This document shows, in pieces, positions 1 to 13,174 of a stretch of 64,000 bases of DNA. The notes below the pieces were generated by a model, which worked only from the letters and a program-made list of their open reading frames with translations, was not told the DNA's origin and made no database searches. Numbering within the stretch: position 1 is the first letter of the stretch; each line of letters begins with the position of its first letter. Position numbers and translations under genes: made by a program. Location of the stretch: contig CM059434.1 of the NCBI GenBank assembly GCA_030390025.1, positions 10,602,001-10,666,000 on the forward strand. The letters are read 5' to 3'. This DNA is from Squalus acanthias (Eukaryota).

Positions 1-238
1 AAGTTCCTCTCCAAGTCACACACCATCCTGACTTGGAAATATGTCGGCTGTTCCTTCATCGTCGCTGGGTCAAAATCCTGGAACTCCCTCCCTAACAGCA
101 CTGTGGGAGTACCTTCACCACACGGACTGCAGCAGTTCAAGAAGGCAGCTCACCACCACCTTCTTGAGGGCAATTAAGGATGGGCAATAAATGCTGGCCT
201 TGCCACCAATGCCCACGTCCCATGAACGAATAAAAAAA
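1..238 (+). mobile_element. Non-LTR retrotransposon (LINE) 3' end fragment, clade uncertain
   Basis: Encodes ...GSKSWNSLPNSTVGVPSPHGLQQFKKAAHHHLL, then GGCAATAAATGCTGGCCTTGCC and an A-rich tail; near-identical to 58275-58690. Confidence 0.75.
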
Positions 239-1032
239 TATCAATCTCAGTTTTGAAATTTTCAATTGACCAAGCCTCAACAACCTGTTGTGCATTTTAA
301 CCGTTTTCTATTTTTATTTTGAAAGTATCATTATCTTTCAATTGAAAAGAAATGGCAACTTTTCAACATTTAAAACATTAATCTGTCCTTACTTTGTATT
401 CTCGCTTCTTAATTTCCCAAGAATGCCAATAACAAGTCCCTTCACCCATTCCCTAAAGATATTGTAGAAGTTAAAAATTACATAATGCTTGTCTGGAGAG
501 CATCACTTGATCATACAGCTCCCATGTGTTGAAGCTATCCATGGTAATGTCTTCTGCAAGGTTTACCTTCCTACAAAATGTAATGCACTCACTACTCAAA
601 ACACAATCTACCAAGTAGGAATTCTAATCAAGCACTTTATCCCGACATTACTATATCGCGCAAGAAGAACATAAGTTTCTCGATGAACTGCAGTTAGGAA
701 ATGACATTGCCTTTTGTAATAAATTAGTTTTAATGACCAAGCCTTGGCAAAACAACCCAAATGCATCACAGGAACTAGAGAAGGTTACAGTACGTTAATT
801 CTCCAAAATTAATCTTGGTGGCACAATGCAGACATTACCAGATGACGATGAGGAATAAGCTAAATAACGAAAAGGACTTGTTTTGTCTGTGTTTGATTGC
901 CTAAAAATTGTAGCAGTGAATGTGTAGTTAAAGTGAATATGATGGCAGTATTTTCTAGGATGTGTGTGTGTATACCTCAGTGAAAGATGGGGATTTATTC
1001 TCCCTGGTTATGTGACCAATAGCATTAAAGTT

Positions 1033-1056
1033 TATATATATATATATATATATATA
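1033..1056. repeat. (TA)n microsatellite
   Basis: Visible directly. Confidence 0.9.
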
Positions 1057-2240
1057 AAAGTTGATGTGATCGATAAAGTTTTTTGTGCATTTGTCTGGTT
1101 CAATTGAAGACTAATGAAAGAGGGTTTTTCTCCCGGTCTTGAATCTCATAACAGGGTGTTATGTTAAAGTTTACAACATAGACTGAGGCCATTTAGCCCA
1201 TTGTGTCTGTGCTGGCTCTTTGCTAGTGCAATCCTAAACTAACCCCACTGCCCTACCCTCGCCCCTTAAAATAAAAGTAGTCACTAACATTCAGCTAATA
1301 TAGTAATTAACTTGACATCTTAAATTTTGCAGACTTCTTTCTAGATAAATTATCTTTGATAATTTGATTGACACCAATGGATTTATTTTCAGTGATTGGT
1401 CAAATTGCCTGAAATTATTATTTTTTTAAAGTAGATTAAGATAATTAAGGTTGAATATCACTCACCTGACTTGTCGAAGCTTTTGAGAAGATGAAGAAGA
1501 ATAAAAAGGTTGCCAAACAGAGAAAATATTTATAAAATGACTTGATGAAACTCAAATCACTGCATCATCTAAAACTGATTGAACTTTTTAACATTTCAGT
1601 TAACCTTCATGTAGACATGAAAGGTATACCTTTTACTTTTAGAAATCAAGGTTATGAACTTCATCTCAAAGTACATTACTGCTACTTTGAACTCTGCCAA
1701 GTACATGCTGTTACCTTAAAAATTGAATTTTAATATTAGTTTGGGTTGAATCCAGGTAATAGTGTAAAGAAATTGTTTTTTTACATAAAAACAGGAGTAA
1801 ACCATTTGATCATTGAGCCTATGCTTTCTTGGCATCTTTTTAATTCCAATCCCCCATCCTTTATATCCCTTAATTCCCAAGTAAGCATCTAGCTTAATTT
1901 TAAGCACTTCGATGGATTCTACATCTATGGCATTGTGCCACAACCCTTTGTGTGAAGATTTTTTTCTGGATATGATTTTAACCACTTAGCTCAAATTCTC
2001 AAATTATGTTTTAAAGTATGATTCTAGAAAGGATTCCTAGAAATGGTCACTAACATTTTCTGTACTTATGTTGTGGTCATTTTACATGATCATCTAACTC
2101 ACCTATTCTTAAGGAACCGTATAAAAGTTTCAGATATTGTTATTAGCCTGACTGACATTAATAATTACAAAACCATCTCTAACTATAAGGGATGAACTGT
2201 ATTTTTGTAACCAAGAAATTTAAAACAAAAAAATTCTCAG

Positions 2241-2520
2241 CAATAACTTGCATTTATAGTGTCTTTAACACACTATAATAACAACTTGCATGTATATAGT
2301 GCTTTCAACATAGTAAAAACGTCCCAAGGTGGTATGCAGGAGCGTTATCAGACAACATTTGACCCCGAGCCACATAAAGAAATATGAGACAGGTGAGCAA
2401 AAGCTTAGTCAAAGGGATAGTTATTAAGGAGCGTTCTAAAGGAGGAAAGTGAGGCGGAGAGGTTGAGGGAGGGATTTCCAGAGTTTAGGGGCTAGACAGC
2501 TGAAGGCACGGCCACTAATG
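2241..2520 (-). mobile_element. L2-clade LINE 3' fragment with a duplicated tail
   Basis: caacttgcat..tatagtg tail appears twice, followed by sequence homologous to the L2 copies at 46360, 56465, 61313 and 63176. Confidence 0.75.
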
Positions 2521-3217
2521 TGAACTAAAGGCATTTCACAGAGGTATAAGAAAAATAGCAGCAGCATGGTTCTGGTGGAAAGCAGGAATCGGTGTGTTTT
2601 AGCCCCACCATTTATAATCGATTTTTTTAAATCTTACATTTGCACACACTTTCTGTCAACTTTTTCCGTTCGACATCCTACCTCCACATGTGTAATGGAG
2701 GCTACCTGTGTAACCTTGCTCCCCCATTGGAGGCACTGGCATTAAAATGGGGACTGAATTATGTCTGTACAGGCTAATCCAATCGTCTCCATCCACCCCC
2801 CGCCCCCCGCCCAACAACCCTGATTCATCTGAAGACGACACTTGGTTTGATCTCCTCATGAGCAATGCCATGGGTGGTCATGTAGCGTCTAATAGAAGGT
2901 TTCCTTGCACCCTCTCCCTATGCACTTTGATAGTCTGAAATGTGTGCAGTGACAATGGAAAAACCGGGAACAGTTGGATGAATGAATGTAAAATGTTTTA
3001 AGCTTCAATGTTTTCTAATTAACATAATTGTCACACATTCCTGCCAACCAAGGCAAAATAGCATCATTATTAAATTACTGCAGAATAGCCATAGAAACTT
3101 GTGTTCAATACTGTTCAAAATGTGCTCTTTTTGACAGGTAGTACAATTCAGCTCTGGTGTCCACACACCAATCCTTAAGAGTGATACAGTATTTGCATAT
3201 TGTTGGATAAAAGAAAT

Positions 3218-3660
3218 ACTTGCATTTCTATAGCACCTTTCACGACCACCAGACATCCCAAAGCACTTTGCAGCCAATGAAGTACAGTACACTGTTGTAA
3301 TGTAGGAAACACAGCCAATCTGCACACAGCAAGCTCCCAGAAACAGCAATGTGATAATGGCCAGATATTCTGCTTTAGTGATGTTGGTTGAGAGATAAAC
3401 ATTGGCCCAGAACACCAGGGATAACTTTTCAAAATAGTGCCATGGGATCCCTTAAATCCACCTGAGAGGGCAGACGGGGCCTCGGTTTAATGTCTCATCC
3501 GAAAGATGGCACCTCCAACAACCTTCTATTAACTCCCTCAGTTACTGCACTGGGAGTGTCAGCCTAGATTTTTGTGACCAAGTCTCTGGAGTGGGATTTG
3601 GAACCCACAACCTTCTGCCTCAGAGGCGAGGGTGCTGCCCACTGAGCTATTGGCTGACAC
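3218..3660 (-). mobile_element. tRNA-derived Deu-domain SINE (SacSINE1-like), near full length
   Basis: Minus strand reads a tRNA-like head, the core GGATGAGACATTAAACCGAGGCCCC...GATCCCATGGCACTATTT and a tail GCTATAGAAATGCAAGT; multiple copies in the window. Confidence 0.8.
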
Positions 3661-4482
3661 AGTGATAACATTCAGAAACATTATTAGCAGAATAAAGATA
3701 GCCATCGCCAGGGAAATATACCCTTAAACCATATATCCAAGTTACAGAGTAACTATACCTTGATTCTAGTTGTTAAGCACATCAGCCAAGTGCTCATGTT
3801 GCACTGTGAATGTAAATTTCGCAATTTGTTTGAAATCCTTTGTTCCAAATGTTATTTATATCCTTTTAGTGGAATCCACTCAGAATCATAATTCTCATAT
3901 GGACTATATTTCTAGGTTGTACAGAACTGTGCTGTGAATTTAAAGAAACAATAAAAACATTGCTTATTAAACTAAAGCTTGTTTTTTTAAACATTTTATA
4001 CTGACATGAAATGAGGTGTTGGAGCAGGATAATAATTTAATCTTCCCCCTGTCTGAATTAGACTGTATATTAATCCTTGTAGTCCGTATTTTTTTCACTT
4101 TTTTCTTTTATGTTATTTCATTTTAATGTTAGTATGAAAATATGTACTCCTTCCTTTGTGATTCGTCATTCGAATAGCACCTAACAGGTTCAGGTACTGC
4201 CTATTCTAAGAATTTGAGAGCGTTGAATTGTCGGTGGTGTTTGAAATTGTCTTCCTTTCTGTCTGGCTATCTGTCTCTCTTGTTTATCTGCCCCTCTCGA
4301 CGGTCCAGCTCTGCTTTCCTTTTCATTTCAGAAATAATCTAGCATCTCGGTTGCAATCTCGAGTAAGATTGTTACTTTAACCCGGTGGGTGTCCATCCCA
4401 TTCCCCAGTTTCTTTTTTTTAATATAAAATGCAAAAAAGTTCCTTGCACGCGACGTGTTTCTAAAAAAAATGGTTACCCGTA

Positions 4483-4652
4483 AGTTCTCCCCAGTGTCCT
4501 GGCCAATATTTATCCCTCAACCAACATCGCTAAAACAGATTATCTGGCCATTATCGCATTGCTGCTAATGGGGACCTTGCTGTGATACTACACTTCAAAA
4601 AGTACTTCATTGGCTGTAAAGCGCTTTGGGATGCTGTCTCAATGTAAGTCTT
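4483..4652 (+). mobile_element. Deu-domain SINE 3' fragment
   Basis: GTGTCCTGGCCAATATTTATCCCTCAACCAACATC...AAAGCGCTTTGGGATG matches the other copies. Confidence 0.75.
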
Positions 4653-5571
4653 TTTTACATTGCATCTACTGGTTGTCGAGAAGACTCAGCAGACAGTTAA
4701 TGTGGCCCACGTTGACCCAAGTTCAACTGCAGTGACAATGCAGAGTTCTGCTCTCCCGGGTTGTTAATGGGAGGGCGAGAGGAGTATCTACCTTTCTCCG
4801 AATTTAAAAGATCCCATTAAAAGTGATCAGGAGGTCCAGCCGACAGCACAGGCATTTTTGAAAATGCAACTTTTCACTGGCTGAAGTTACACTCTTAACT
4901 GGAGCGAAGTTAAAGTGAAGGGAGGGGGGGTGATCTCACACTTGTTTTTTAGTGTGCTGTCGTGTCGCCCCTATCCACACCTTTAACCAATTCGCATTCA
5001 CGCGAAACTGGCAGCATGTCTGCAGCCTGAGTTCCGAGTCACATTCTACCATCTGTACTTTCAACATAGGATGTGGGCTCAATAAATGAAGAGCATGCTC
5101 GTGAGAGTTTTAAAGCAAGCAGGATTGAAGACCACACACTGTGACTGGTAGATGCAAGGTCCAAATTGACAACCAGAGACTCCCTACACGAAGGAACCCC
5201 ACTCCCTTCGGGACCCAGTCAAGTCTTTGCTCTGGATTGAGGCTAGATTTTTAAACCGCTTCACACTTACACTCCAGATACAGCGTCAATGCATCCCAAG
5301 AAACAATAATATGTCACCAGCACCATAACCGGATCATCCCAATAACTAAGGGTTACATAACCCGAAATAGCTTTTTCACGTGGGAAGCAAAATGGTAAAC
5401 ATCAAGACCACGGTGAATTTAACAATGGTCTGCTTCCTAATCTTCAATACACCTTGTTGCATAAGCTACAATTCTGCAGCTGTAATCCGACAGAAAGCGG
5501 ACCACAGAGAGGTGGCACTCAGCTCCCGGAGAGCTTCCTGTCCAGAGAAGAATCAGACGTATTATAGGTCG

Positions 5572-5707
5572 AAATAAAGGCTGAAAATGCTGGAAACGAG
5601 AGAAACGAGAGGTAACGGATCACCTTTCTGAAACGTTAACTCTGTTTCTCTCTCCACGGATGCTGCCTGGCCTGCTGAGTTTTTCCAGCGTTTTCTGTTG
5701 TTATTTC
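5572..5707. mobile_element. Penelope-like terminal-repeat relic in inverted arrangement
   Basis: GAAAATGCTGGAAAC...GAGAGAAAC on the left and its reverse complement GTTAACTCTGTTTCTCTCTCC...TTCCAGCGTTTTCTG on the right; same family as 21680 and 53495. Confidence 0.6.
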
Positions 5708-6446
5708 GCAATCTCTTGAATGTCTGTTCAATTAAACTGGCAGCAGAAATAAATAAGAAGTCGTTAGAAGATAAGGTCAGGGAGGCGATCTAAGCTCATT
5801 CCTCCGGTCATTTAGGCGTCAGTTTTACTGCATGTTACCCTACTCACTGTGAGTGCAGTTGTAATGCACAGAGTCAGCAGATCTGCGCCATACTGCCAAC
5901 TACACTGAGTTCATGGAAAATGAGCTCGGTGATTGAGTGTTTGGATGCATGCGCAGAGCTCTGGTATTCAGGTGGTTGGTATTTAATTTTATAAGAGTGA
6001 GGAGGATGAGAACATCCGATTTGTCCTAAGATTAAAAATACTGGGGAAAAAATAAGCTTACAAAGTGCTCAGAAGGTCCAAACTTGAGCACTTTTGGAGC
6101 TTTCTTTGCACTGGATTGGAGTTATACTGCAAACTCAAACCAGTGCGAGATGCTCTCTTGGATGGGGTTTCACACCACTTGGCTTTAGTGCACTGAGAAT
6201 CAGGTCAGCACCGGACTCCCGAGCTAGACTGACACTTCCATGTAAGTCCCAAACTGCTTTGCATGCATTAATAAATGACGGCAGAATTGTACCTTAACTT
6301 TCAATAACCCCAATCGTTTTGCCTCTATTACTTTACTGGGTAGATTATGTCAAACGTGTATCACTTATTATGAGCGAAGTTTACCTTTATAAATATTCTA
6401 AGTTTACTCCTCACCAATTTCCATTTATGTCTTTTGGTTCTGTGAA

Positions 6447-6667
6447 CGTAGGAACAGGAGGAGGCCATTCAGCCCCTCCAGCCTGTTCCGCCATTCAATG
6501 AGATCGTGGCTGATCTGTATCCTAACTCCATCTACCTGCCTTGGTTTTGTAACCCTTAATACCCTTGGCTAGCAAAAATCTATCAATCTCAGTTTTGAAA
6601 TTTTCAATTGACCCCCAGCCTCGACAGCTTTTGGGGGGAGAAAGTTCCAGATTTCGTTACACCCTTG
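6447..6667 (-). mobile_element. CR1-type LINE 3' tail fragment
   Basis: GGAACAGGAGGAGGCCATTCAGCCCCTCCAGCCTGTTCCGCCATTCAATGAGATC; shared with 9873 and 55926. Confidence 0.7.
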
Positions 6668-7749
6668 GAAGCAATAATCTGGGTTTACCTTACTGTAATG
6701 TTGCAAATCGGAGCATGAATATTTTCCTTCCTTCTCAGTTAGAGCTGTGTTTGATTATTTACAGGAAAATGAAAAATTACAAGGGGGAAACTGAGGCTTT
6801 TTGTGCTTTTTCCGCCTATTTTCTTTCATTTAAATAAACTGACTGTGTTTCTACCCAGTGTCATGTGGGATCTTGCAGCAACAGCAAGAGGCTTGGCCCT
6901 CATGTTCTAGGAGTGGACGACTTTAGCTACTGCATAAAGAACGACATTATTCATAATTGATAATTTAGGGGTGTCACCCTTCAATCGACATTTTAATACT
7001 TGTACAAAATATGTACATTTTTACAAGTTTTATTTTGTTTCTGCTAGTAGCTGTAATCTGTATAAACAACAAAAAAATTACAGTGTTTAAGCCAGAACTT
7101 AAAAAAAATGCTTACTGCATCTATAACGTGAATATCACCAGTTACATTTATCAACTCACCCATCCAAGAATGATTAGAAGTCTAATGTTGACATGTAAGA
7201 TCATTTTAGGAATTCCATGATAAGTCCATTAACATAGCATTTATTTTACTTTCCATTTAAAAAAAAAAGTCGGTTAAACAAGCAAAGGTAGCTTTTCGAA
7301 AGTAAGCGATTGGTTCACAATAATCCAAAGACTATAACTCCCTCTGAATTTATTGACAAAAGGAATGAACACAATACTGTGTTTTAAAAAAGAGGCAGGT
7401 AGTAACTGAAAAGTATGCTTTGGTATATCTTGGACATGATTCTTGACTGAAGCTTTGATAGGCAATCGAACATAACTCAAACACTTTTCATGTTTTAAAA
7501 CTCTTGATAACCAGTTTAATTTTGTATGAAGCATTTTTTTTTACTTGCACGAGAAAGAAAAAGAGTTTGAACGTGACAGCTACCTATATACAAATATCAG
7601 AACAATTAGCTTGCACGGAGTTAACGAAGAAAAATAGAACGTTTGTTGTCTATTATGATGCATGGGTGGATATAAATCATCTCTACCGTATTCGGGTGAA
7701 TATAAATGAAATTAACTTTATTATAGAAATCATTCTGGGAGATTTCTAG

Positions 7750-7756
7750 GGAAGAC
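7750..7756 (-). promoter_or_regulatory. miR-7 seed site (GUCUUCC, 7mer-m8)
   Basis: tttGTCTTCCcta about 660 nt after the stop; miR-7 regulation of Pax6 is established in mammals. Confidence 0.7.
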
Positions 7757-8241
7757 AAATACTTACATTTCGACATAACAAATTGGATTATATCGAAGAC
7801 ACAATCTACCTTTATCTACCAAATTGCCCACTTCCTTGAAGTTCTGTTACCTTTGCACATAAACTTATCTGCCAACGACCTTGGGCGAACCCAAACAGAT
7901 ACAGCTCGCTTATACACAACTAAGTTGGCTTCCCTTCCCCCAACCCCCACCCCCATCCCCCCTCCCACCCCCACCCAAAATAAAATTGACCAATATTTAG
8001 TGTAATGCAATGGTAACATCAAAGTCCATAAATCTAGAAATGTCGCGGTAGAAGCACTCGACAGTGGTCTAAGCTGGTGGCCGCTATGTTGCCCATGACG
8101 TCTTGTGATCATTCCATGGCCAACGAGTACCAGATGTCCATCGAGACTAGTTGTTCTTGTTTTAAAACATACAGAAATGCCCATTTACAAATAATACACC
8201 GAGTAGAGAATTTCGAGGGGGGGAGGGGGGGAGAAAGAACG

Positions 8242-8248
8242 TTTGTTC
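8242..8248 (-). promoter_or_regulatory. miR-375 seed site (GAACAAA, 7mer-A1)
   Basis: gGAACAAAc about 170 nt after the stop; a proximal miR-375 site is described in mammalian Pax6 UTRs. Confidence 0.5.
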
Positions 8249-8416
8249 CGTCGACTTTACACGCCTGGCACGCCACACAAGTCCACGTGAGTCTTCTCAA
8301 AGTGAGTGTAACCTGCGCAGTCCCAGAACAAAGATACCTTCAGAGTCTCATCTCAGAAACAAATACTGCTGGGCTATCCGACTCTCCACAGTCTCTTTCC
8401 AACTCTCCCTTTTTTT

Positions 8417-8515
<99 letters not shown>

Positions 8516-9317
8516 TCAAAACCATCGTCAAAAAAAAATCCTCTCAGCTCTTAACCTACTGCTTTTATTTTGCACGCGATGCTTGTGTGTTTTTAAAAAA
8601 AAAATCTAATTTTGCAACAATAACAATGATGTTGTGTAACGGGATAAATTTGAGATCCCACAAAACAAAAACAGAAGTATTTATTCATTACCGATGCGTG
8701 GGTAATTCCCCAAACACTTGCAAAAAAACATAACTTGTTTATTATATGACTTGAGTGCGCCAGTCCTCAGAGGATTGGGGAACATTATAATAATGTTTGC
8801 TACACTTGTGTTAGAATTCTGGTTGCTATTTTTAAGTAGCAGACTCACAATTAACTCGGGCTGTTGAAGCAGTTTATTTTGACCTATCGTTTCACCAGGA
8901 ATACAGAAACCCGGGAGTACTCCTGTTCCCTCACTTTAGCCTCAAACGCTTATGAAGTACATTTTGAGATCTGATTATTACATGTTGGTCATAAAACGAA
9001 ATATTTGGCAATCTCCAAGTTCAAATAATTGGTTAATTCGTTTATAAGCACAAAATCTACGAATACTCGTTGATAATTAAATTATTGATATTTATTTGTG
9101 CCTTTTAAAAGAATATTCCTTAAGGGAAAAGACTGAGATTTAAAAGGGTCGAAGTAAGTGGTTAATAAGAATAATTTTAGACAGTGATTGGTTAAGTGAG
9201 AACTGGGGTGAGTGTGAACACATCGGTTCACACAAGTGGGCCAACGCAAATATAACTGGGCCGGAGCAGTAAGTAAGGTGCTGAAGAATTTTCGGTGGCT
9301 CTTCGCTATAGTCTTAC

Positions 9318-9468
9318 CTGTGGATGTGGCCCCCGAAGTGCCCATGGACTGGGGGTTCATATGTGGCTGCATGTGAGGCGGCGTGTACGTGTCGTAACTG
9401 CGTCCATTAACTGACGGGCTGGTGGGCAGCATACAGGAATAAGACGGCGTTTGGCTGGACACTGGCGA
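9318..9468 (-). CDS. pax6: Pax6 exon 12 (PST domain: [34 protein letters not shown]...)
   Basis: 151 nt, acceptor gataag|TCG, donor CAG|gtaaga. Confidence 0.95.
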
Positions 9469-9567
9469 CTTATCGAAAAACAAATGGAAAACACAAGATC
9501 CGTTTGTGCATGCCGTAGAGAAAGCATTTAATGGCTGTTGATTCTGTTTGCTCTGCTCCATACTTAC

Positions 9568-9683
9568 TTGCATAGACAGGTTGTTTGCCATGCTGAAACT
9601 GGGCATCGGTGGCAGTGCGCTGTAAGTGTTTGTAAGGGATGTGTCTGCCCGACCCAGCATTGCACCTGTGCCAAAAGAGGAAA
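9568..9683 (-). CDS. pax6: Pax6 exon 11 ([39 protein letters not shown])
   Basis: 116 nt, ttccag|TT...CAA|gtaagt. Confidence 0.97.
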
Positions 9684-9872
9684 CTGGAAACGGAAGAAGG
9701 GAATCTATGTTAGAAGCAATTTATATTTTGAGACATAATGCCATTAACTTAATTTAAATACGTTGAATCCGTTTTTATTAGAAAGAGAGGAGATACAGTT
9801 GGTTATCCCCCCCACCCCCAGTTGTCTCTGTTACAGGGTCTCTCCACGCCTCCCCTGCTGACCGTGTCCAAT

Positions 9873-10232
9873 CATAGGAACAGGAGGAGGCCATTCAACC
9901 CCTCCAGCCTGTTCCGCCATTCAATGAGATCATGGCTGATCTGTATCTTAACTCCATCTACCCGCCTTGGTTCCATAATCCTTAATACCCTTGCCTAACA
10001 AAGCTATCCATCTCCGTTTTGACATTTTCAATTGACCCCCAGCCTCGACAGCTTTTTGAGGGCGAGTGTTCCAGATTTCCACTTACCCTTTGTGTGAAGA
10101 GGTGCCTCCTGATATCACCCCTGAACGGCCTTGCTAGAATTTTAAGGTTATGTCCCCTTCTTCTGGACTCCCCCCACCCACCAGAGGAAATAGTTTCTCT
10201 CTGTCTACCCGATCAACTCCTTTGATCATCTA
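9873..10232 (-). mobile_element. CR1-type LINE 3' fragment in intron 10
   Basis: Homologous to 6447-6667 and extends further into the element. Confidence 0.75.
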
Positions 10233-11233
10233 CATGTTGAAGTTTGGATCCAGAGATTCCCTTCCTCCAAGTGGCCGCCCTTCAGCCACTGGGGCGGTGC
10301 TGCTGAACGCGGGGTCGCAGCTTGGCCAAACTGATCTCACCTGGCGTCCATCCAAATGCACTCCCAACAGGGGCGGCTGGACGGTGGTGAGGTTGCAGGA
10401 AATTTGGATGACGCTTCCCATCTCCTGACCAGCAATGTTGCCGCACCGCCAAATTTGAGATCACCCGGCTCAACCTAGATCAGTGATCCAACTTGGCACC
10501 TTTCTGACCTGTGGAATTCAGTGCTACAATACCCAACTGAATTAGCTATTGAACCATGGGGGGGGGGGGGGGCGAGTTCACTGATTCTCTGACGCATTGA
10601 AAGAGACACCGTGGATTTAAGCAGCCTATTTCACACAGTTAATTGCATAGAATTTCAAGGGATAACATTATTTCATATTTATTAATATTCCGTCCTGTCC
10701 ACGCTTTGATTGTATGGTCATATCGTGATCCAGACGCAACTGACGCCAATTACCTTGATAGAAATAAAATTTGTCTCTTTTATCAGATAGTCCCCCTCTA
10801 TTAAGAAGAACCCATCAGTCGCTGTTTAAACATACTGGGAACATTCCAGCCGCGAAGGAATGTATCCTATTAGCCCTGACCCAATTAAGGCTTCAATTCG
10901 ATGTAGAACATATTTCTTTTCTTACGATGCCCTCGGGGGGTCCTGATAAATGGGCCGCAAAAGCAGATAACATTTTAACATGTTCTCTTATTGTAATCAC
11001 TGCACTTTTCAGTTCTCGGGAAATCATAATTACAGAATCTGAATACTCGATTTATTAGAAATGTGTCCGTGGTCGTTTTGTCCACGGCAGAGGTTGGACC
11101 TTTATATTAAACGTGTAATGATTTGTTAATTAATAAAATATCCCTGACGGGATTTAACTGGGAGAAAAATTGCTGAGGGTGTTAAACTTTCTGGTTCTTT
11201 TAACTCATTCCCTCCTTTCGTGACTTTGCACTA

Positions 11234-11566
<333 letters not shown>

Positions 11567-11596
11567 TCAAAGGGGGGGGGGGGGGGAAAGAGAGAC

Positions 11597-12048
11597 ATTT
11601 GCATTTATATAGCGCCTTTCATGACCTCAGGACGTCCCAAAGCGCTTTACAGCCAATGAAGTACTTTTGAAGTGTAGTCACTTGTTGTAATGTAGGAAAC
11701 GCAGCAGCCAATTTGCGCACAGCAAGCTCCCACAAACAGCAATGTGATAATGACCAGAAAATCTTTTTTTTTTTAAGTGATGGTGGTTGAGGGATAAATA
11801 TTGACCAGGACACGGGATAACTCCCCTGCTCTTCGAAATAGTGGCCATGGGATCTTTTACGCCCACCTGAGAGAGCAGACCGGGCCTCGGTTTAATGTCT
11901 CATCCAAAAGACGGCACCTCCGACAGTGCGGCACTCCCTCAGCACTGCACTGGGAGTGTCAGCCTAGAGTCTGTGCTCAAGTCTCTGGAGTGGCACGTGA
12001 ACCTACAACCTCAGAGGCGGGAGTGCTGCCCACTGAGCCACAGCTGAC
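11597..12048 (-). mobile_element. Deu-domain tRNA SINE, near full length, in intron 9
   Basis: Same family as 3218-3660, in the same orientation as Pax6. Confidence 0.85.
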
Positions 12049-12414
12049 TGAAGTGCAACATTGCAACAAAGTGGAAAAAGATCACAGTGCTTGAAAAAAA
12101 TCGAAAATGTCAGAATGCTTCTTTGTTTCGATATTTTGGGTTGGATTTCTTCCTGTGCATTATATTTAATAGACACTCCGCTCTTGGACGGAATGGGATT
12201 GAAATCGCCAGTCTGCATTCTAGCTCAAGCAGGGAGAAATACCATTTTTTGTGCAAATCGCCGACAGAAATTGACATGGCGATTCAAAAGTTACTGAAGT
12301 AACATCGACAAGAAATTACATAAAATAGTCTTGCATTTATCTAACGCCTTATCAAGTCTCAGAAACATCCCAAAGAGCTTCAATAGTTTTACTTTTTGCA
12401 ATGCAGTCAGATTA

Positions 12415-12570
<156 letters not shown>

Positions 12571-12627
12571 TTAACGAAATAAGAAACATAAAACTCGAGC
12601 AACAGGGAGCGTGAAAGGTCGCGTGCT

Positions 12628-12968
12628 TCTCATCTCCCTCATTCTCATTCTCCCCCTCTCTCTCTCTCTCACTCACACATTCACTCTCACTCTCTCACTC
12701 ACACATTCACTCTCACTCTCTCACCCTCACTCACTCTCACACATTCACTCTCACTCGCTCACCCTCACTCACTCTCACACATTCACTCTCACTCTCTCAC
12801 CCTCACTCTCTCTTTCACTCCTCTCTCTCGCTCTCACTTTCACTCTCACTTTCTCTCTCACTCCCACTCACTCTCTCACTCCCACTCCTCTCTCTCTCTC
12901 ACTCCCACTCCTTTCTCTCTCTCTCACTCCCACTCTCTCTCTCACTCTCCTCTCACTTTCTCTCCCCC
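12628..12968. repeat. (CT/CA)-rich low-complexity tract filling most of intron 8
   Basis: About 340 nt of CTCACT/CTCT units, almost no G on the + strand. Confidence 0.9.
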
Positions 12969-12973
12969 GCTCA

Positions 12974-13174
<201 letters not shown>

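Larger units (their letters stand above)
7000..8416 (-). other. pax6: Pax6 3'UTR with alternative poly(A) signals
   Basis: Follows the stop codon; AATAAA on the minus strand at 7717-7722, 7240-7245 and 7029-7034; block 7700-7830 resembles the conserved mammalian Pax6 UTR end (from memory); true 3' end is approximate. Confidence 0.75.

Noticed and set aside
1-7000. Terminal exon of the expected tail-to-tail neighbour ELP4
   Set aside because: No reading frame resembling the ELP4 C-terminus was found by eye; it probably lies outside the window
9082-9317. ORF continuation past the exon 12 donor as an alternative C-terminus
   Set aside because: Strong donor CAG|gtaaga and no recognisable protein features; probably a chance open frame
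10235-10556. Possible old SINE relic (similar at 4680-4980 and 57400-57645)
   Set aside because: Too degenerate to assign a family or boundaries by eye
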